Of a stretch of 34,632 nt of DNA, positions 9,253 to 19,284 are shown in pieces. Each line of letters begins with the position of its first letter. Within the stretch, counting starts at the first letter, position 1. The stretch comes from Bacteroidales bacterium (lineage in GTDB: Bacteria; Bacteroidota; Bacteroidia; Bacteroidales; CAIWKO01), in contig DAOORA010000008.1 of the NCBI GenBank assembly GCA_035389045.1, forward strand, positions 62,001-96,632, read 5' to 3'. The notes below the pieces were generated by a model. That model saw only the letters and a program-made list of their open reading frames with translations, did no database searches and was not told where the DNA came from. The position numbers and the translations under genes were made by a program.

Positions 9253-10617
9253 CTAACCAAAAAGGTATTTCAGCAGGTCTTCGATTTTTTGTAGGGCGAT
9301 GATCTTTATTTTGAAATTGCCCGGATCCAGGTTCAATGCATTGTATTTTGAAATAGCAATTTCATCAAACCCCAGTTTTTCAGCTTCAGAAATACGCTGC
9401 TCAATGCGGTTTACGGCGCGGATTTCTCCCGAAAGGCCAACTTCGGCTGCAAAACAGCATTTCATGTCCAGTGCAATATCTTCATTGGAGGATAAAACAG
9501 ATGCAATGACAGCCAGGTCAATGGCCGGATCATCCACGCGTATGCCGCCCGCGATGTTTAAAAAAACATCCTTGGTTCCAAGCCGGAACCCGCATCTTTT
9601 TTCAAGTACCGCTAATAACATGTTCATCCGGCGCAGATCAAACCCGGTGGACGAACGCTGCGGGGTGCCGTAGGCAGCAGAACTGACCAGCGACTGTACT
9701 TCGATAAGCAAAGGTCTCAGGCCTTCAATGGTTGAAGAAACAGCTATCCCGCTGTGGCTCTCATCGCGCTGCGAAAGCAATATCTCCGAAGGGTTGGAAA
9801 CTTCACGCAGACCGTTACCCTGCATTTCGAAAATACCCAGTTCGGAAGTGCTGCCGAAACGGTTTTTTACCGAGCGGAGAATACGGTACATGTTGTTACG
9901 GTCGCCTTCAAACTGCAATACCGTATCCACCATATGCTCCAGTATTTTCGGGCCCGCAATGATCCCATCCTTTGTTATATGCCCGATAAGGAAAACAGGT
10001 GTGGATGTCAGTTTGGAATATTTCTGGAACTCTGAAGCACATTCCCGTATCTGAGAGATACTGCCTGCCGACGATTCGATAAGTTCGGTCTGCAGGGTCT
10101 GCACAGAGTCGATGATTACAATGCCGGGATTGAGGCTTTCAATAAGCTGAAAGATGTTCTGAGTGTTTGTTTCATTTAGTATGTAACAGTTATCACTATA
10201 GGCATTGATGCGTTCGCTCCTCATTTTTATCTGCTGTTCACTTTCTTCTCCGGTGATATACAGTACTTTATTATCTTTTATGCCTAAAGCTACCTGGAGC
10301 ATCAGGGTAGACTTGCCGATTCCCGGCTCTCCCCCAATCAGTACCAGGGAGCCGGGAACGATGCCTCCGCCCAGAACGCGGTTTAACTCATTATTGCCGG
10401 TGTCAATGCGTCTGGCAGTATCACTGTTTATTTCACTGATCAGTTTCGGCTGCGCCTGATGCTGAGCAGACAACTTCTTTTTCAGTGACGAGGAATCCTT
10501 CTTAATGACCTCTTCAACGTAAGTGTTCCATTCGTTACAAGCCGGGCATTTTCCAATCCATTTTGAAGATTGCGCCCCGCAATTCTGGCAGAAAAAAATG
10601 GTTTGTATTTTTGGCAT
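9253..10617 (-). CDS. radA: DNA repair protein RadA/Sms
   Basis: C4 zinc finger CQNCG..WIGKCPACNEW, GEPGIGKST, KNRFG motif, Lon-like C-terminus. Confidence 0.97.
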   Translation of the reverse strand: MPKIQTIFFCQNCGAQSSKWIGKCPACNEWNTYVEEVIKKDSSSLKKKLSAQHQAQPKLISEINSDTARRIDTGNNELNRVLGGGIVPGSLVLIGGEPGIGKSTLMLQVALGIKDNKVLYITGEESEQQIKMRSERINAYSDNCYILNETNTQNIFQLIESLNPGIVIIDSVQTLQTELIESSAGSISQIRECASEFQKYSKLTSTPVFLIGHITKDGIIAGPKILEHMVDTVLQFEGDRNNMYRILRSVKNRFGSTSELGIFEMQGNGLREVSNPSEILLSQRDESHSGIAVSSTIEGLRPLLIEVQSLVSSAAYGTPQRSSTGFDLRRMNMLLAVLEKRCGFRLGTKDVFLNIAGGIRVDDPAIDLAVIASVLSSNEDIALDMKCCFAAEVGLSGEIRAVNRIEQRISEAEKLGFDEIAISKYNALNLDPGNFKIKIIALQKIEDLLKYLFG

Positions 10618-10635
10618 TAACAGATAAAAGTATTC

Positions 10636-11043
10636 CTATTCCTTGACAAATTCTCTTTCGTCAAGGCCTTTTTGGATATTCTGGTCTTCACCGTAATTGT
10701 GTACAATCCGGATTTTATTATTTTTACGCAGCACGATTTCCCACTGGTCAGAAAAGGCGCCATTGGAAACCGTGAACTTGTTCCTGGAGTCTATCACGTA
10801 ACTCATAACCCCTTTATAGTTTAAACTATCAATGAGATTATCATATCCTGAGCATTCAATGAACAACTGCCCGTCAGCAGTAAATTCCCATGTTTCATAA
10901 AATACGGTGTCTTCAATATTGGCAACATATACCCGGTCCCATTTCCCCATGAGAAATGACTGGGTGTTTTTTTTACAGGAAACTGTAAATACAATGCCAA
11001 TTAATAGTACTGACAAAAAAACAAACCTTTGAAAAGTTTTCAT
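10636..11043 (-). CDS. Hypothetical lipoprotein (lipocalin-like)
   Basis: Likely start MKTFQR at 11043, lipobox TVS-C, LMGKW motif, beta-rich. Confidence 0.7.
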   Translation of the reverse strand: MKTFQRFVFLSVLLIGIVFTVSCKKNTQSFLMGKWDRVYVANIEDTVFYETWEFTADGQLFIECSGYDNLIDSLNYKGVMSYVIDSRNKFTVSNGAFSDQWEIVLRKNNKIRIVHNYGEDQNIQKGLDEREFVKE

Positions 11044-11089
11044 TGTTTTATGTTTGATCATACAAAACTAAGTAATAATTATTGAACGT

Positions 11090-11596
11090 TTAATCTTTGC
11101 CTGCGTTTTTCAATATTTTTTTTTCAATAAGTGTTGTGGAATAGCCTTTTACCAGATCAATGGTAATGACTTTTCCGCCATTATTAAGTACATCAGCCGA
11201 GCCGGCAATATTCTCAATAGTATAATCATTTCCCTTTACAAGGACATCCGGCATGATAAAACGGATCAGGTCTTTGGGTGTTTCCTCATCAAAAATCACC
11301 ACCGCGTCCACAAACGACAGGGAGGCCAGCAATAGTGAACGGGAATTGATATCGTTGATAGGTCTGTCGTTGCCTTTTATTTTTTTTACCGACACATCAC
11401 TGTTTAAGCCGACAATTAACGTGTCGCCAAGATCCGCCGCTTTTGAAAGATAATCGATATGCCCCAGGTGCATGATGTCGAAACACCCGTTGGTGAATAC
11501 TATTTTATGTTTTTTGAAACGGTAAAAGTTCAGTTTTTTTTCAAACGCGGCAGCCGAATTGAAAATCTTTTTCTTAATAAGTTCCAGGTTTGTCAT
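11090..11596 (-). CDS. rfaE2: D-glycero-beta-D-manno-heptose 1-phosphate adenylyltransferase (HldE domain II)
   Basis: FTNGCFDIMHLGH, GLNSD.SV, KG..RP, PDVLVKGNDY, GYSTT. Confidence 0.92.
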   Translation of the reverse strand: MTNLELIKKKIFNSAAAFEKKLNFYRFKKHKIVFTNGCFDIMHLGHIDYLSKAADLGDTLIVGLNSDVSVKKIKGNDRPINDINSRSLLLASLSFVDAVVIFDEETPKDLIRFIMPDVLVKGNDYTIENIAGSADVLNNGGKVITIDLVKGYSTTLIEKKILKNAGKD

Positions 11597-12608
11597 TTCG
11601 GGCGTTTATTAATGGTAACAGTATCAGCGAAACAACACCTGCCAGTATGATCGTTATGGTCTGTGCACTCCATATCAGCCAGCCCAGGGATAATCCGACG
11701 GGATTGGGAGAAATAAAACCGGGTATGCCATAAAGTGTCAGTGTAGCAGCAACGAATGCCGGGTAAGCGCCTATCCCGCCGGGAGAGATCATCACAGCAA
11801 TGGTTCCCATGACAAAAACCGTACAGGTAGCGCCAAAAGCAGGATTGCTTGTGAGCGGAAGACTGTAAAAACATACATACATCATCAAAAAGTACATTAC
11901 CCACATTAAACAGGTATACAAAATAAAAAGCAATGGTTGCTGAACTTTGACAAGAGACTTAATACCATCCCAAAAACCTTTCACCACATTGAAAATTTTA
12001 TTATATATTTTGTAACGCATTAATTTGGAATGGAAGATAATAATGAGTATGATCATTAACACGCAAAATGCAGCAACACTGTATAAAAAAGATGCCTGGC
12101 CCAGCAAATGAAACTTCTCGGTCAGGGGGTGATACACTTTTTCGTAAACATATCCGGATATGGCTTTGTATTGTATTAGCAAATTGATGAAAAACAAAAC
12201 AACAAAAGTCAGCACATCAAGTCCCCGTTCGGCAATTACGGTACCGAAGGACTTCTCAAAAGGTATTTTTTCATATTTGGACAACATACTGCATCTTGTG
12301 ATTTCTCCCAGCCGCGGAATGGCAAGGTTTGCAAAATAACCGATCATAAGACTCAGAAATGTGTTTTTGAACCTGGGTTTATAGCCCACCGTGTGAAGCA
12401 ACATTTCCCAGCGAAGTGTCCGCAATATATGGCTGAACAGACCCAGGATCAGGCAAAGCAACAACCACCAGTAGTTGGCTTCTTTAAACGAAATGAGGAT
12501 TTGCTTTTTATCTTCATCCCCGAGTTTGATCACCGACAACCAGATGAAAAAGATCCCGACACCAAGGAATATAAGGAGTTTGACTGTAGTAAAAAAATGC
12601 TTTTTCAA
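11574..12608 (-). CDS. Lysylphosphatidylglycerol synthase TM / flippase-like membrane protein
   Basis: RTLRW, GYFANLAIPRLGEITR, GTVIAER..D, SPGGIG and many TM helices. Overlaps the rfaE2 start. Confidence 0.88.
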   Translation of the reverse strand: MKKHFFTTVKLLIFLGVGIFFIWLSVIKLGDEDKKQILISFKEANYWWLLLCLILGLFSHILRTLRWEMLLHTVGYKPRFKNTFLSLMIGYFANLAIPRLGEITRCSMLSKYEKIPFEKSFGTVIAERGLDVLTFVVLFFINLLIQYKAISGYVYEKVYHPLTEKFHLLGQASFLYSVAAFCVLMIILIIIFHSKLMRYKIYNKIFNVVKGFWDGIKSLVKVQQPLLFILYTCLMWVMYFLMMYVCFYSLPLTSNPAFGATCTVFVMGTIAVMISPGGIGAYPAFVAATLTLYGIPGFISPNPVGLSLGWLIWSAQTITIILAGVVSLILLPLINARNDKPGTY

Positions 12609-12613
12609 AACGG

Positions 12614-12964
12614 TTATTTTAATTTATTGGTATCCGTATCGGGAAAGAGAATAACCGGCCTGAATGACAGGGCTTCTTCCGGTGTCATGCTGGCATAGGA
12701 AACAATAAGAATGATATCCCCTAAGGCTACTTTCCGGGCAGCCGCACCATTTATGCCAATAGTCCCGCTTCCTTTCTCACCCTTAATTACGTAGGTGTCA
12801 AAACGTTCCCCGTTATTTACATCGTAAATATAAACTCTCTCGTTTTCAACAATATGGGCGGCATTCATCAGGTCTTCATCAATGGAAATACTCCCGATAT
12901 AATTCAACTCTGAATGAGTGACTTTAACCCGATGGATTTTTGATTTTAAAACTTCTATCATCAT
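12614..12964 (-). CDS. panD: Aspartate 1-decarboxylase
   Basis: [14 protein letters not shown] self-cleavage site, [15 protein letters not shown]. Confidence 0.97.
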   Translation of the reverse strand: MMIEVLKSKIHRVKVTHSELNYIGSISIDEDLMNAAHIVENERVYIYDVNNGERFDTYVIKGEKGSGTIGINGAAARKVALGDIILIVSYASMTPEEALSFRPVILFPDTDTNKLK

Positions 12965-12971
12965 GATGCTG

Positions 12972-12979
12972 CAAAGTTA
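12972..12979 (-). promoter_or_regulatory. -7 promoter element overlapping the panC stop codon
   Basis: TAACTTTG(CA) on the minus strand, 7 nt upstream of the panD ATG. Confidence 0.5.
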
Positions 12980-13822
12980 CAAAAAAATTTTTATGTTATC
13001 GATCAGGCGGACTTTACCCAGATAAACTGCAATGAATGCCCTGATATTTTCTGATGCTGCCCAGACTTTTACCGGACGGAGCGTCGTCCCGTCAGCGATT
13101 TCAAAATAATCCAGTCTGAACTCCGGTACCGCCCTGATTTTTGACCGGACAAAAGACTTTAATGCGGTGACACTCATCGTTCCGGCTAATGAAGCCGACT
13201 CATTGAGTATGGCGGCTATGGCAGGTGCAATACTGCGTTCGTGTTCCGAAAGCAGTGCATTTCGTGAACTTAACGCCAGTCCGTCGGGATCCCTGATGAT
13301 CGGACAAGGAACGATATTGACCGGCATATTCATCATTCTGACCAATGATAAAATAATCTGAAGCTGTTGATAATCTTTTTCTCCAAAATATGCATTGTCC
13401 GGCTCTATGATCTCAAAAAGTTTTTTTACCACAATGGCCACCCCATTAAAATGTCCAGGACGGAATTTTCCTTCCATTACCTGATCCAGGGCGCCAAAAT
13501 CATATACATCAAGAACAGGTTCCGGATACATTTCGTTATGATCGGGCATGAAAATAATATCGCAGCCGACATCGGCAAGCATAGCCATATCTTTTTCCTT
13601 ATCAACGGGATACCGCTTAAAATCCTCCGGATTGTTGAACTGTATAGGATTGACAAATACACTGCAGACACAAAGGTCATTTTCATGCCGGGCTCTTTCA
13701 ATTAGTGAAATATGCCCCTCGTGGAGCGCCCCCATGGTCGGTACAAATCCTATGGTATGCCCGAGCGTTTTTCTTGATTGCAAAAACTCCTTAATATCAA
13801 GTATGTACGAAAAAACTTTCAT
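12977..13822 (-). CDS. panC: Pantoate--beta-alanine ligase
   Basis: GFVPTMGALHEGH, SVFVNPIQF, RPGHFNGV, FGEKDYQQ, GLALSSRN, RLIDN. ATG at 13822 lies just downstream of a TATATTTG motif. Confidence 0.97.
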   Translation of the reverse strand: MKVFSYILDIKEFLQSRKTLGHTIGFVPTMGALHEGHISLIERARHENDLCVCSVFVNPIQFNNPEDFKRYPVDKEKDMAMLADVGCDIIFMPDHNEMYPEPVLDVYDFGALDQVMEGKFRPGHFNGVAIVVKKLFEIIEPDNAYFGEKDYQQLQIILSLVRMMNMPVNIVPCPIIRDPDGLALSSRNALLSEHERSIAPAIAAILNESASLAGTMSVTALKSFVRSKIRAVPEFRLDYFEIADGTTLRPVKVWAASENIRAFIAVYLGKVRLIDNIKIFL

Positions 13823-14105
13823 AAAATAGTTCCGCAAATATAAATATTATGAAAATCAAGGGGTAAATTTATTTTTTATAATCCCTGCAAAAGATTGGGA
13901 AACAAATAGCTAAAACCTTAACAAACAAAATGCTGCGCTGATTTTTATTGGCTTTTATATGAATGCTCAGTGATGAAGGATATCGTTAGGAGTGAAACTC
14001 TATTTTTTTGGTATATGTATTGATTTTTACGTAATTTATTAAATAATAATGTAGCCGAAAACTAAAAAAGCATAAATAAAAAACAATAAATTGGGGAAAA
14101 TTTCG

Positions 14106-14113
14106 TAATTTTG
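14106..14113 (+). promoter_or_regulatory. -7 promoter element for the GT5-DUF4270-glmS operon
   Basis: TAATTTTG, 27 nt before the ATG at 14141. Confidence 0.55.
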
Positions 14114-14140
14114 TAAATTCAATTCAGAAAACCTTAAATT

Positions 14141-14974
14141 ATGTCAAAATACAAGGTGTTATTTGTGGCACAGGAAATTGTTCCATATCTGTGTGATAGC
14201 CCTATGGGACAAATCTGCAGGGACCTTCCGCAGGGTATTCAGGAAAAAGGAAGGGAAATCAGAACTTTTATGCCCCGGTTTGGTTGTATTAATGAAAGAC
14301 GAAACCAGCTTCACGAAGTGATCAGGCTTTCAGGTATGAACCTTATCATCGACGATACCGACCATCCGCTGATTATAAAGGTGGCTTCTATTCAGTCGGC
14401 ACGCTTGCAGGTTTATTTTATTGATAACGAAGACTATTTTCAGCGGAAATCAATTTTTACAGACAAAAGCGGTGAGTTCTTTGCCGATAATGATGAAAGA
14501 GCGATTTTCTATGCCAGAGGAGTAATAGAGACTGTAAAAAAACTAGGATGGTCGCCCGATATTATTCATGTCCACGGATGGTTTTCGAGCCTCGTGCCGT
14601 TTTACATAAAAACCGCCTTTAAGAACAACCCCTTATTTTCTGATACCAAAATCATCTGTTCCCTTTACGATGATGATTTTACAAAGTGTTTCAGCAAAGA
14701 GTCCGTCAAAAAACTAAAATATGACGGAATCACCGATAAGGACATCAAACAATATAAGAGCTTAGATTTTGTCGGGATGATGAAAGCGGCTATTGATTTC
14801 AGTGACGGTATCATTCAGGGAGCGGAAAAAATAAACGCTGAAGTAATGACATATGCAAAAAAATCTAATAAGCCTTTTCTGGCTTATCAGACCCCGGATA
14901 GATATATCAATGCATACAGCTTATTCTACGATGAAATTGTCGATGAGTTGATTAATGAAAATGCTGTAAAATAA
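14141..14974 (+). CDS. Glycogen/starch synthase N-terminal domain protein (Bacteroidota type)
   Basis: EIRTFMPRFG.INERRNQLHEVIRLSGMN, DNDERAIF, PDIIHVHGW. Only 277 aa. Confidence 0.9.
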   Translation: MSKYKVLFVAQEIVPYLCDSPMGQICRDLPQGIQEKGREIRTFMPRFGCINERRNQLHEVIRLSGMNLIIDDTDHPLIIKVASIQSARLQVYFIDNEDYFQRKSIFTDKSGEFFADNDERAIFYARGVIETVKKLGWSPDIIHVHGWFSSLVPFYIKTAFKNNPLFSDTKIICSLYDDDFTKCFSKESVKKLKYDGITDKDIKQYKSLDFVGMMKAAIDFSDGIIQGAEKINAEVMTYAKKSNKPFLAYQTPDRYINAYSLFYDEIVDELINENAVK

Positions 14975-14992
14975 CTTTAATATCTTATTTTT

Positions 14993-16324
14993 TTGAAAAA
15001 CATCCTCTCGCACCCCCGCTTAACCTTATTTTTACTTTTATTCGTTGGTTTTTTAACTTCATGCAATAAAAACGAAGAATTAGGTGTAAATGTCCAACCT
15101 TCGCAGGACATGCTGGGCATAAATACGGTTGATATACCTGTTTATGCTCATACCGTTTATGAAGATTCGGTCAGAACGGATGAAACTACCTATAACCTGA
15201 TTGGCAGCTATCTTGATCCTGTTTTCGGACTGACCGACGCCGGGGTTTTCACCCAGTTTAACCTGACCACGACTTCTGTGCCTTTTGGCGATAATCCGGT
15301 GTGCGATTCCGTGGTGCTGTCACTCGCTTACCAGGGATTTTACGGCGATACCTCCTCCATGTTGACACTGAATGTCTTCGAAATATCCGATGATTTTTAT
15401 TATGATAATACGTATTATTCCGATGATATCCTTGGTACTTACAAGAATAATTATGCCGGAATAACATTTAAGCCCAATTTCAAAGATAGCGTCCAGGTCG
15501 GAAGCATAAAATATCCTCCTCATTTACGCGTCAGGCTCAAAAACACCTTAGGTCAAAAATTTATTGATGCCTCCGGCACTTCCTACCTTACGGATAATGC
15601 AAGTTTTTTGAAATTTTTCAAAGGCCTGAACATCTCAGTGAAGTCTGTAACATCAGACGGGGTAATGCTTTATTTTAATATGCTCTCCTCCATTACTAAA
15701 CTCACCCTCTACTATCACAGCGATGACGATACGGCCGCTTATAACTTTGTCATTGACAGCAAAACAGCCCGTTTTAACACCTTCGATCATAAGGGATTTT
15801 CCACGGCCGATCCCTTGTTCAAACAGCAACTATCAGGAGACACGTTGCTCGGCGACAGTATCTTATACGTTCAGGCCATGGCCGGTACAAAAATAAAATT
15901 GTGGATCGGATACAACGACATCGTGGGTCTGAACGCTTTTCTGAAAGACACGGTCAACGGAAGAATTGCCATAAACAAAGCAACACTGGTTGTAAAAGTT
16001 GATGAAAACACCATCACGGAGTTTGCCCCTCCCGAAAAACTTATTTTGTCGAAGATCAACAGCGACGGAACCTTAAGTTTTCTGGCCGATTACGCTTATG
16101 GCGATGCTTACTACGGCGGGAGCTATTCGTCCACTGCAAAAGAATACCGTTTTAATGTTGCAAAACACATACAGGATGCCATGCTGGATGATGATTTTAT
16201 GGATTATGGACTGTATCTTGTGGTTTCAGGGGCTGCCGTTAAATCCAACAGGGCCGTGATTAAAGGTAATAATACATCCCAGGATAATTTACGATTAGAA
16301 ATCATTTATACAATAATAGATTAA
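14993..16324 (+). CDS. DUF4270 family lipoprotein
   Basis: Lipobox LTS-C, G.Y.DPVFG, YGD, FKGL motifs, and the usual position between the GT5 gene and glmS. Confidence 0.85.
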   Translation: MKNILSHPRLTLFLLLFVGFLTSCNKNEELGVNVQPSQDMLGINTVDIPVYAHTVYEDSVRTDETTYNLIGSYLDPVFGLTDAGVFTQFNLTTTSVPFGDNPVCDSVVLSLAYQGFYGDTSSMLTLNVFEISDDFYYDNTYYSDDILGTYKNNYAGITFKPNFKDSVQVGSIKYPPHLRVRLKNTLGQKFIDASGTSYLTDNASFLKFFKGLNISVKSVTSDGVMLYFNMLSSITKLTLYYHSDDDTAAYNFVIDSKTARFNTFDHKGFSTADPLFKQQLSGDTLLGDSILYVQAMAGTKIKLWIGYNDIVGLNAFLKDTVNGRIAINKATLVVKVDENTITEFAPPEKLILSKINSDGTLSFLADYAYGDAYYGGSYSSTAKEYRFNVAKHIQDAMLDDDFMDYGLYLVVSGAAVKSNRAVIKGNNTSQDNLRLEIIYTIID

Positions 16325-16328
16325 TTAT

Positions 16329-18167
16329 ATGTGTGGAATTGTTGCTTATGTCGGTCCCCAGCAAGCCTATCCTATACTGATAAAAGGCCTGTATCGTCTG
16401 GAATACAGGGGTTACGACAGTGCGGGAGTAGCCATTTTAAATGATGAAATACAACTTTATAAAAATAAAGGGAAAGTTTCTGACCTAGAGCATCTGATCA
16501 AAGACAAAGACCTGTCGGGCACCATTGGAATAGCCCATACACGATGGGCAACACATGGCGAACCCACCGATGCCAACGCACATCCGCATGCCTCTAATTC
16601 AAATAATCTGGCGCTGATCCATAACGGCATTATCGAAAACTATGCAGCCCTGCGCAAAGAATTGATCAGCCGCGGATACATATTTTCCAGCAATACCGAT
16701 ACCGAAGTCCTGATACATCTTATTGATGATATACGCACACATGAGAATGTGGACCTGGTAAAAGCTGTACAACTTGCATTAAATCAAGTGATCGGAGCCT
16801 ATGCTATTGTCATACTATCCAGGGAAGATCCCGATATGCTGATAGCCGCAAAAAAAGGCAGCCCGCTCGTAATAGGTATTGGTGATAAAGAAACTTTTGT
16901 CGCTTCGGATGCCACACCGATCATTGAATATACCAAGAAAGTTGTGTACCTGGATGACGAAGAAGTGGCTATAATCCATCGACATAAAAAACTTCAGATC
17001 AAGACGATAAAAGACATCAAGAAAACACCTTATTTCCATAAGTTGCAAATGAATCTGGATGCCATTGAGAAAGGCGGTTTCGACCATTTTATGTTAAAAG
17101 AGATCTACGAGCAGCCTCGATCGGTCAGGGATTGTATGAGGGGCCGTCTGAATATTGAAGAAGGCATAGTCTCTCTGGGTGGCATACTGGATTATATCGA
17201 AAAAATGACCCGCGCCAACAGGATCATTATTGTAGCCTGCGGCACGTCATGGCATGCCAGCCTGGTGGGAGAATATTTATTTGAAGACCTGGCACGGATA
17301 CCCGTGGAAGTTGAATATGCTTCCGAATTCCGCTACCGGAACCCGGTCATTTATGAAAATGATGTGGTCATCGCCATATCCCAGTCGGGAGAAACTGCCG
17401 ATACCCTCGCTGCCATTGAACTTGCAAAATCAAAAGGCGCCACCATCATAGGGATTTGCAATGTTGTCGGGTCTTCTATACCGAGGGTTACCCATGCCGG
17501 TTCATATACCCATGCCGGCCCCGAAATCGGGGTGGCATCAACAAAAGCATTCACAGCCCAGGTTACCATTCTTACCCTGATGGCCCTGATGATCGGCAAC
17601 AGAAAGGGCTGTATTCCAAAAACCAGATTTCAGCAACTGATCCATGAGTTGGAACACATCCCCGAAAAAATTGAAAAAACCTTACTGGTAAATGATAAGA
17701 TCATCGAGATATCCGATATATTTAAAGATGTTAGAAACTTTCTTTACCTGGGCAGGGGATACAACTTTCCTGTGGCTCTTGAGGGAGCTCTGAAGTTAAA
17801 GGAAATCTCGTACATCCATGCCGAAGGCTACCCCGCCGCAGAAATGAAACACGGGCCCATTGCCCTTATCGACGAGGAAATGCCTGTGGTGGTGGTGGCA
17901 ACCAACCAGAGTGTTTACGAGAAAATCATTTCAAACATTGAGGAAGTTAAAGCCCGGAAGGGAAAAATTATTGCCATAGTTACCGAAGGCGATGAGATCG
18001 TGAAAAACATCGCGGATTATGTAATAGAAATTCCCGACTGCGATGAAATATTAACACCCTTATTAGCTACCGTGCCGCTTCAACTCCTCGCCTACCACAT
18101 TGCCGTTATGCGTGGTTGTAATATCGACCAGCCCCGGAACCTGGCAAAATCAGTGACGGTTGAATAA
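16329..18167 (+). CDS. glmS: Glutamine--fructose-6-phosphate transaminase
   Basis: MCGIV, LEYRGYDSAG, HTRWATHG, SQSGETADT, PRNLAKSVTVE. Confidence 0.98.
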   Translation: MCGIVAYVGPQQAYPILIKGLYRLEYRGYDSAGVAILNDEIQLYKNKGKVSDLEHLIKDKDLSGTIGIAHTRWATHGEPTDANAHPHASNSNNLALIHNGIIENYAALRKELISRGYIFSSNTDTEVLIHLIDDIRTHENVDLVKAVQLALNQVIGAYAIVILSREDPDMLIAAKKGSPLVIGIGDKETFVASDATPIIEYTKKVVYLDDEEVAIIHRHKKLQIKTIKDIKKTPYFHKLQMNLDAIEKGGFDHFMLKEIYEQPRSVRDCMRGRLNIEEGIVSLGGILDYIEKMTRANRIIIVACGTSWHASLVGEYLFEDLARIPVEVEYASEFRYRNPVIYENDVVIAISQSGETADTLAAIELAKSKGATIIGICNVVGSSIPRVTHAGSYTHAGPEIGVASTKAFTAQVTILTLMALMIGNRKGCIPKTRFQQLIHELEHIPEKIEKTLLVNDKIIEISDIFKDVRNFLYLGRGYNFPVALEGALKLKEISYIHAEGYPAAEMKHGPIALIDEEMPVVVVATNQSVYEKIISNIEEVKARKGKIIAIVTEGDEIVKNIADYVIEIPDCDEILTPLLATVPLQLLAYHIAVMRGCNIDQPRNLAKSVTVE

Positions 18168-18179
18168 AATGCCCGGCAC

Positions 18180-19268
18180 ATGAGAATCGCTCAAATCATT
18201 GAACATTTTGAACAGGTAATTCCCGTTGATTTTCAGGAATCATATGATAATTGCGGTTTGCAGGTTGGTAATGCCGGCAACGAACTCAGCAGCGCACTCA
18301 TCACGCTTGACATCAGCGAACGCGTTCTGGAGGAAGCCATAGAAAAAAACTGCAACCTCATTATTTCGCACCACCCGCTGATATTTCAGGCCATAAAAAA
18401 AATTACCGGCGCAAATGCCACCGAACGGATACTGCAAAAGGCTCTGAAATCGGATGTCTGCATCTATTGCGCACATACAAGCCTCGACAATAATTTCAAC
18501 GGGCTGAACACCTTTATTGCAGGAAAAATAGGGTTGCAGCATGTAAAAATATTAGAACCGGCCGGGAGTGTCCTGAAAAAGCTGGTTGTTTTCTGCCCTG
18601 TAGAACATGCTGAAAAAGTGAGAACGGCTATTTTTTCTGCCGGCGCAGGTCACATTGGCAATTACGATTGCTGCAGTTTTAACGGCAGCGGTGCGGGAAG
18701 TTTCAGGGCCAATGAAAATGCACGTCCCTTTGTCGGAGAACTTAACGAATTGCATTTTGAACCGGAAATCAGGATCGAGACTATCTTTCCTGATAATATC
18801 CGTAGTCAGGTGATACAGGCCATGCTGGAGGCACATCCTTATGAAGAAGTGGCTTATGATATTTACCCATTGGATAATCTATATCAGAAAGTTGGCTCCG
18901 GCATCATCGGCGAACTTCTGAACGAAACAGACGCTATGGATTTTATCCGCCTTCTGAAAGACATCTTTAAAACCGGGAGCATACGTTACAATAAACCCCT
19001 GTGCCCGCTGATCCGTAAAGTAGCCCTCTGCGGAGGCTCGGGCAGCTTTCTGATAAAATCAGCCATGAAAAATAAGGCGGACATTCTGGTTACCGCCGAC
19101 ATTAAATACCACGACTTCTTTAACGAAAAAATAATGCTTGCCGATGTCGGGCATTTTGAATCTGAATATTTTTCAGCCGAATTAATTGCCTCTATCATAA
19201 CAAAAAAATTTCCTACTTTTGCATTTTTATTTTCAGAACAAAATATAAACCCCGTACATTACTTTTAA
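18180..19268 (+). CDS. Nif3-like dinuclear metal center protein
   Basis: QESYDNCGLQVG, ISHHPLIF, HTSLD, PII-like insert (GAGHIGNYD; HPYEEVAYD), GHFESE. Confidence 0.95.
   Translation: MRIAQIIEHFEQVIPVDFQESYDNCGLQVGNAGNELSSALITLDISERVLEEAIEKNCNLIISHHPLIFQAIKKITGANATERILQKALKSDVCIYCAHTSLDNNFNGLNTFIAGKIGLQHVKILEPAGSVLKKLVVFCPVEHAEKVRTAIFSAGAGHIGNYDCCSFNGSGAGSFRANENARPFVGELNELHFEPEIRIETIFPDNIRSQVIQAMLEAHPYEEVAYDIYPLDNLYQKVGSGIIGELLNETDAMDFIRLLKDIFKTGSIRYNKPLCPLIRKVALCGGSGSFLIKSAMKNKADILVTADIKYHDFFNEKIMLADVGHFESEYFSAELIASIITKKFPTFAFLFSEQNINPVHYF
19214..19221 (+). promoter_or_regulatory. Internal -7 promoter element for the zinc-ribbon gene
   Basis: TACTTTTG(CA) inside the 3' end of the Nif3 gene. 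Confidence 0.5.
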
Positions 19269-19284
19269 TATTAATAAATAAATT

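Noticed and set aside
16200..16328. glmS ribozyme upstream of glmS
   Set aside because: glmS starts 4 nt after the DUF4270 stop, leaving no leader and no ribozyme core.
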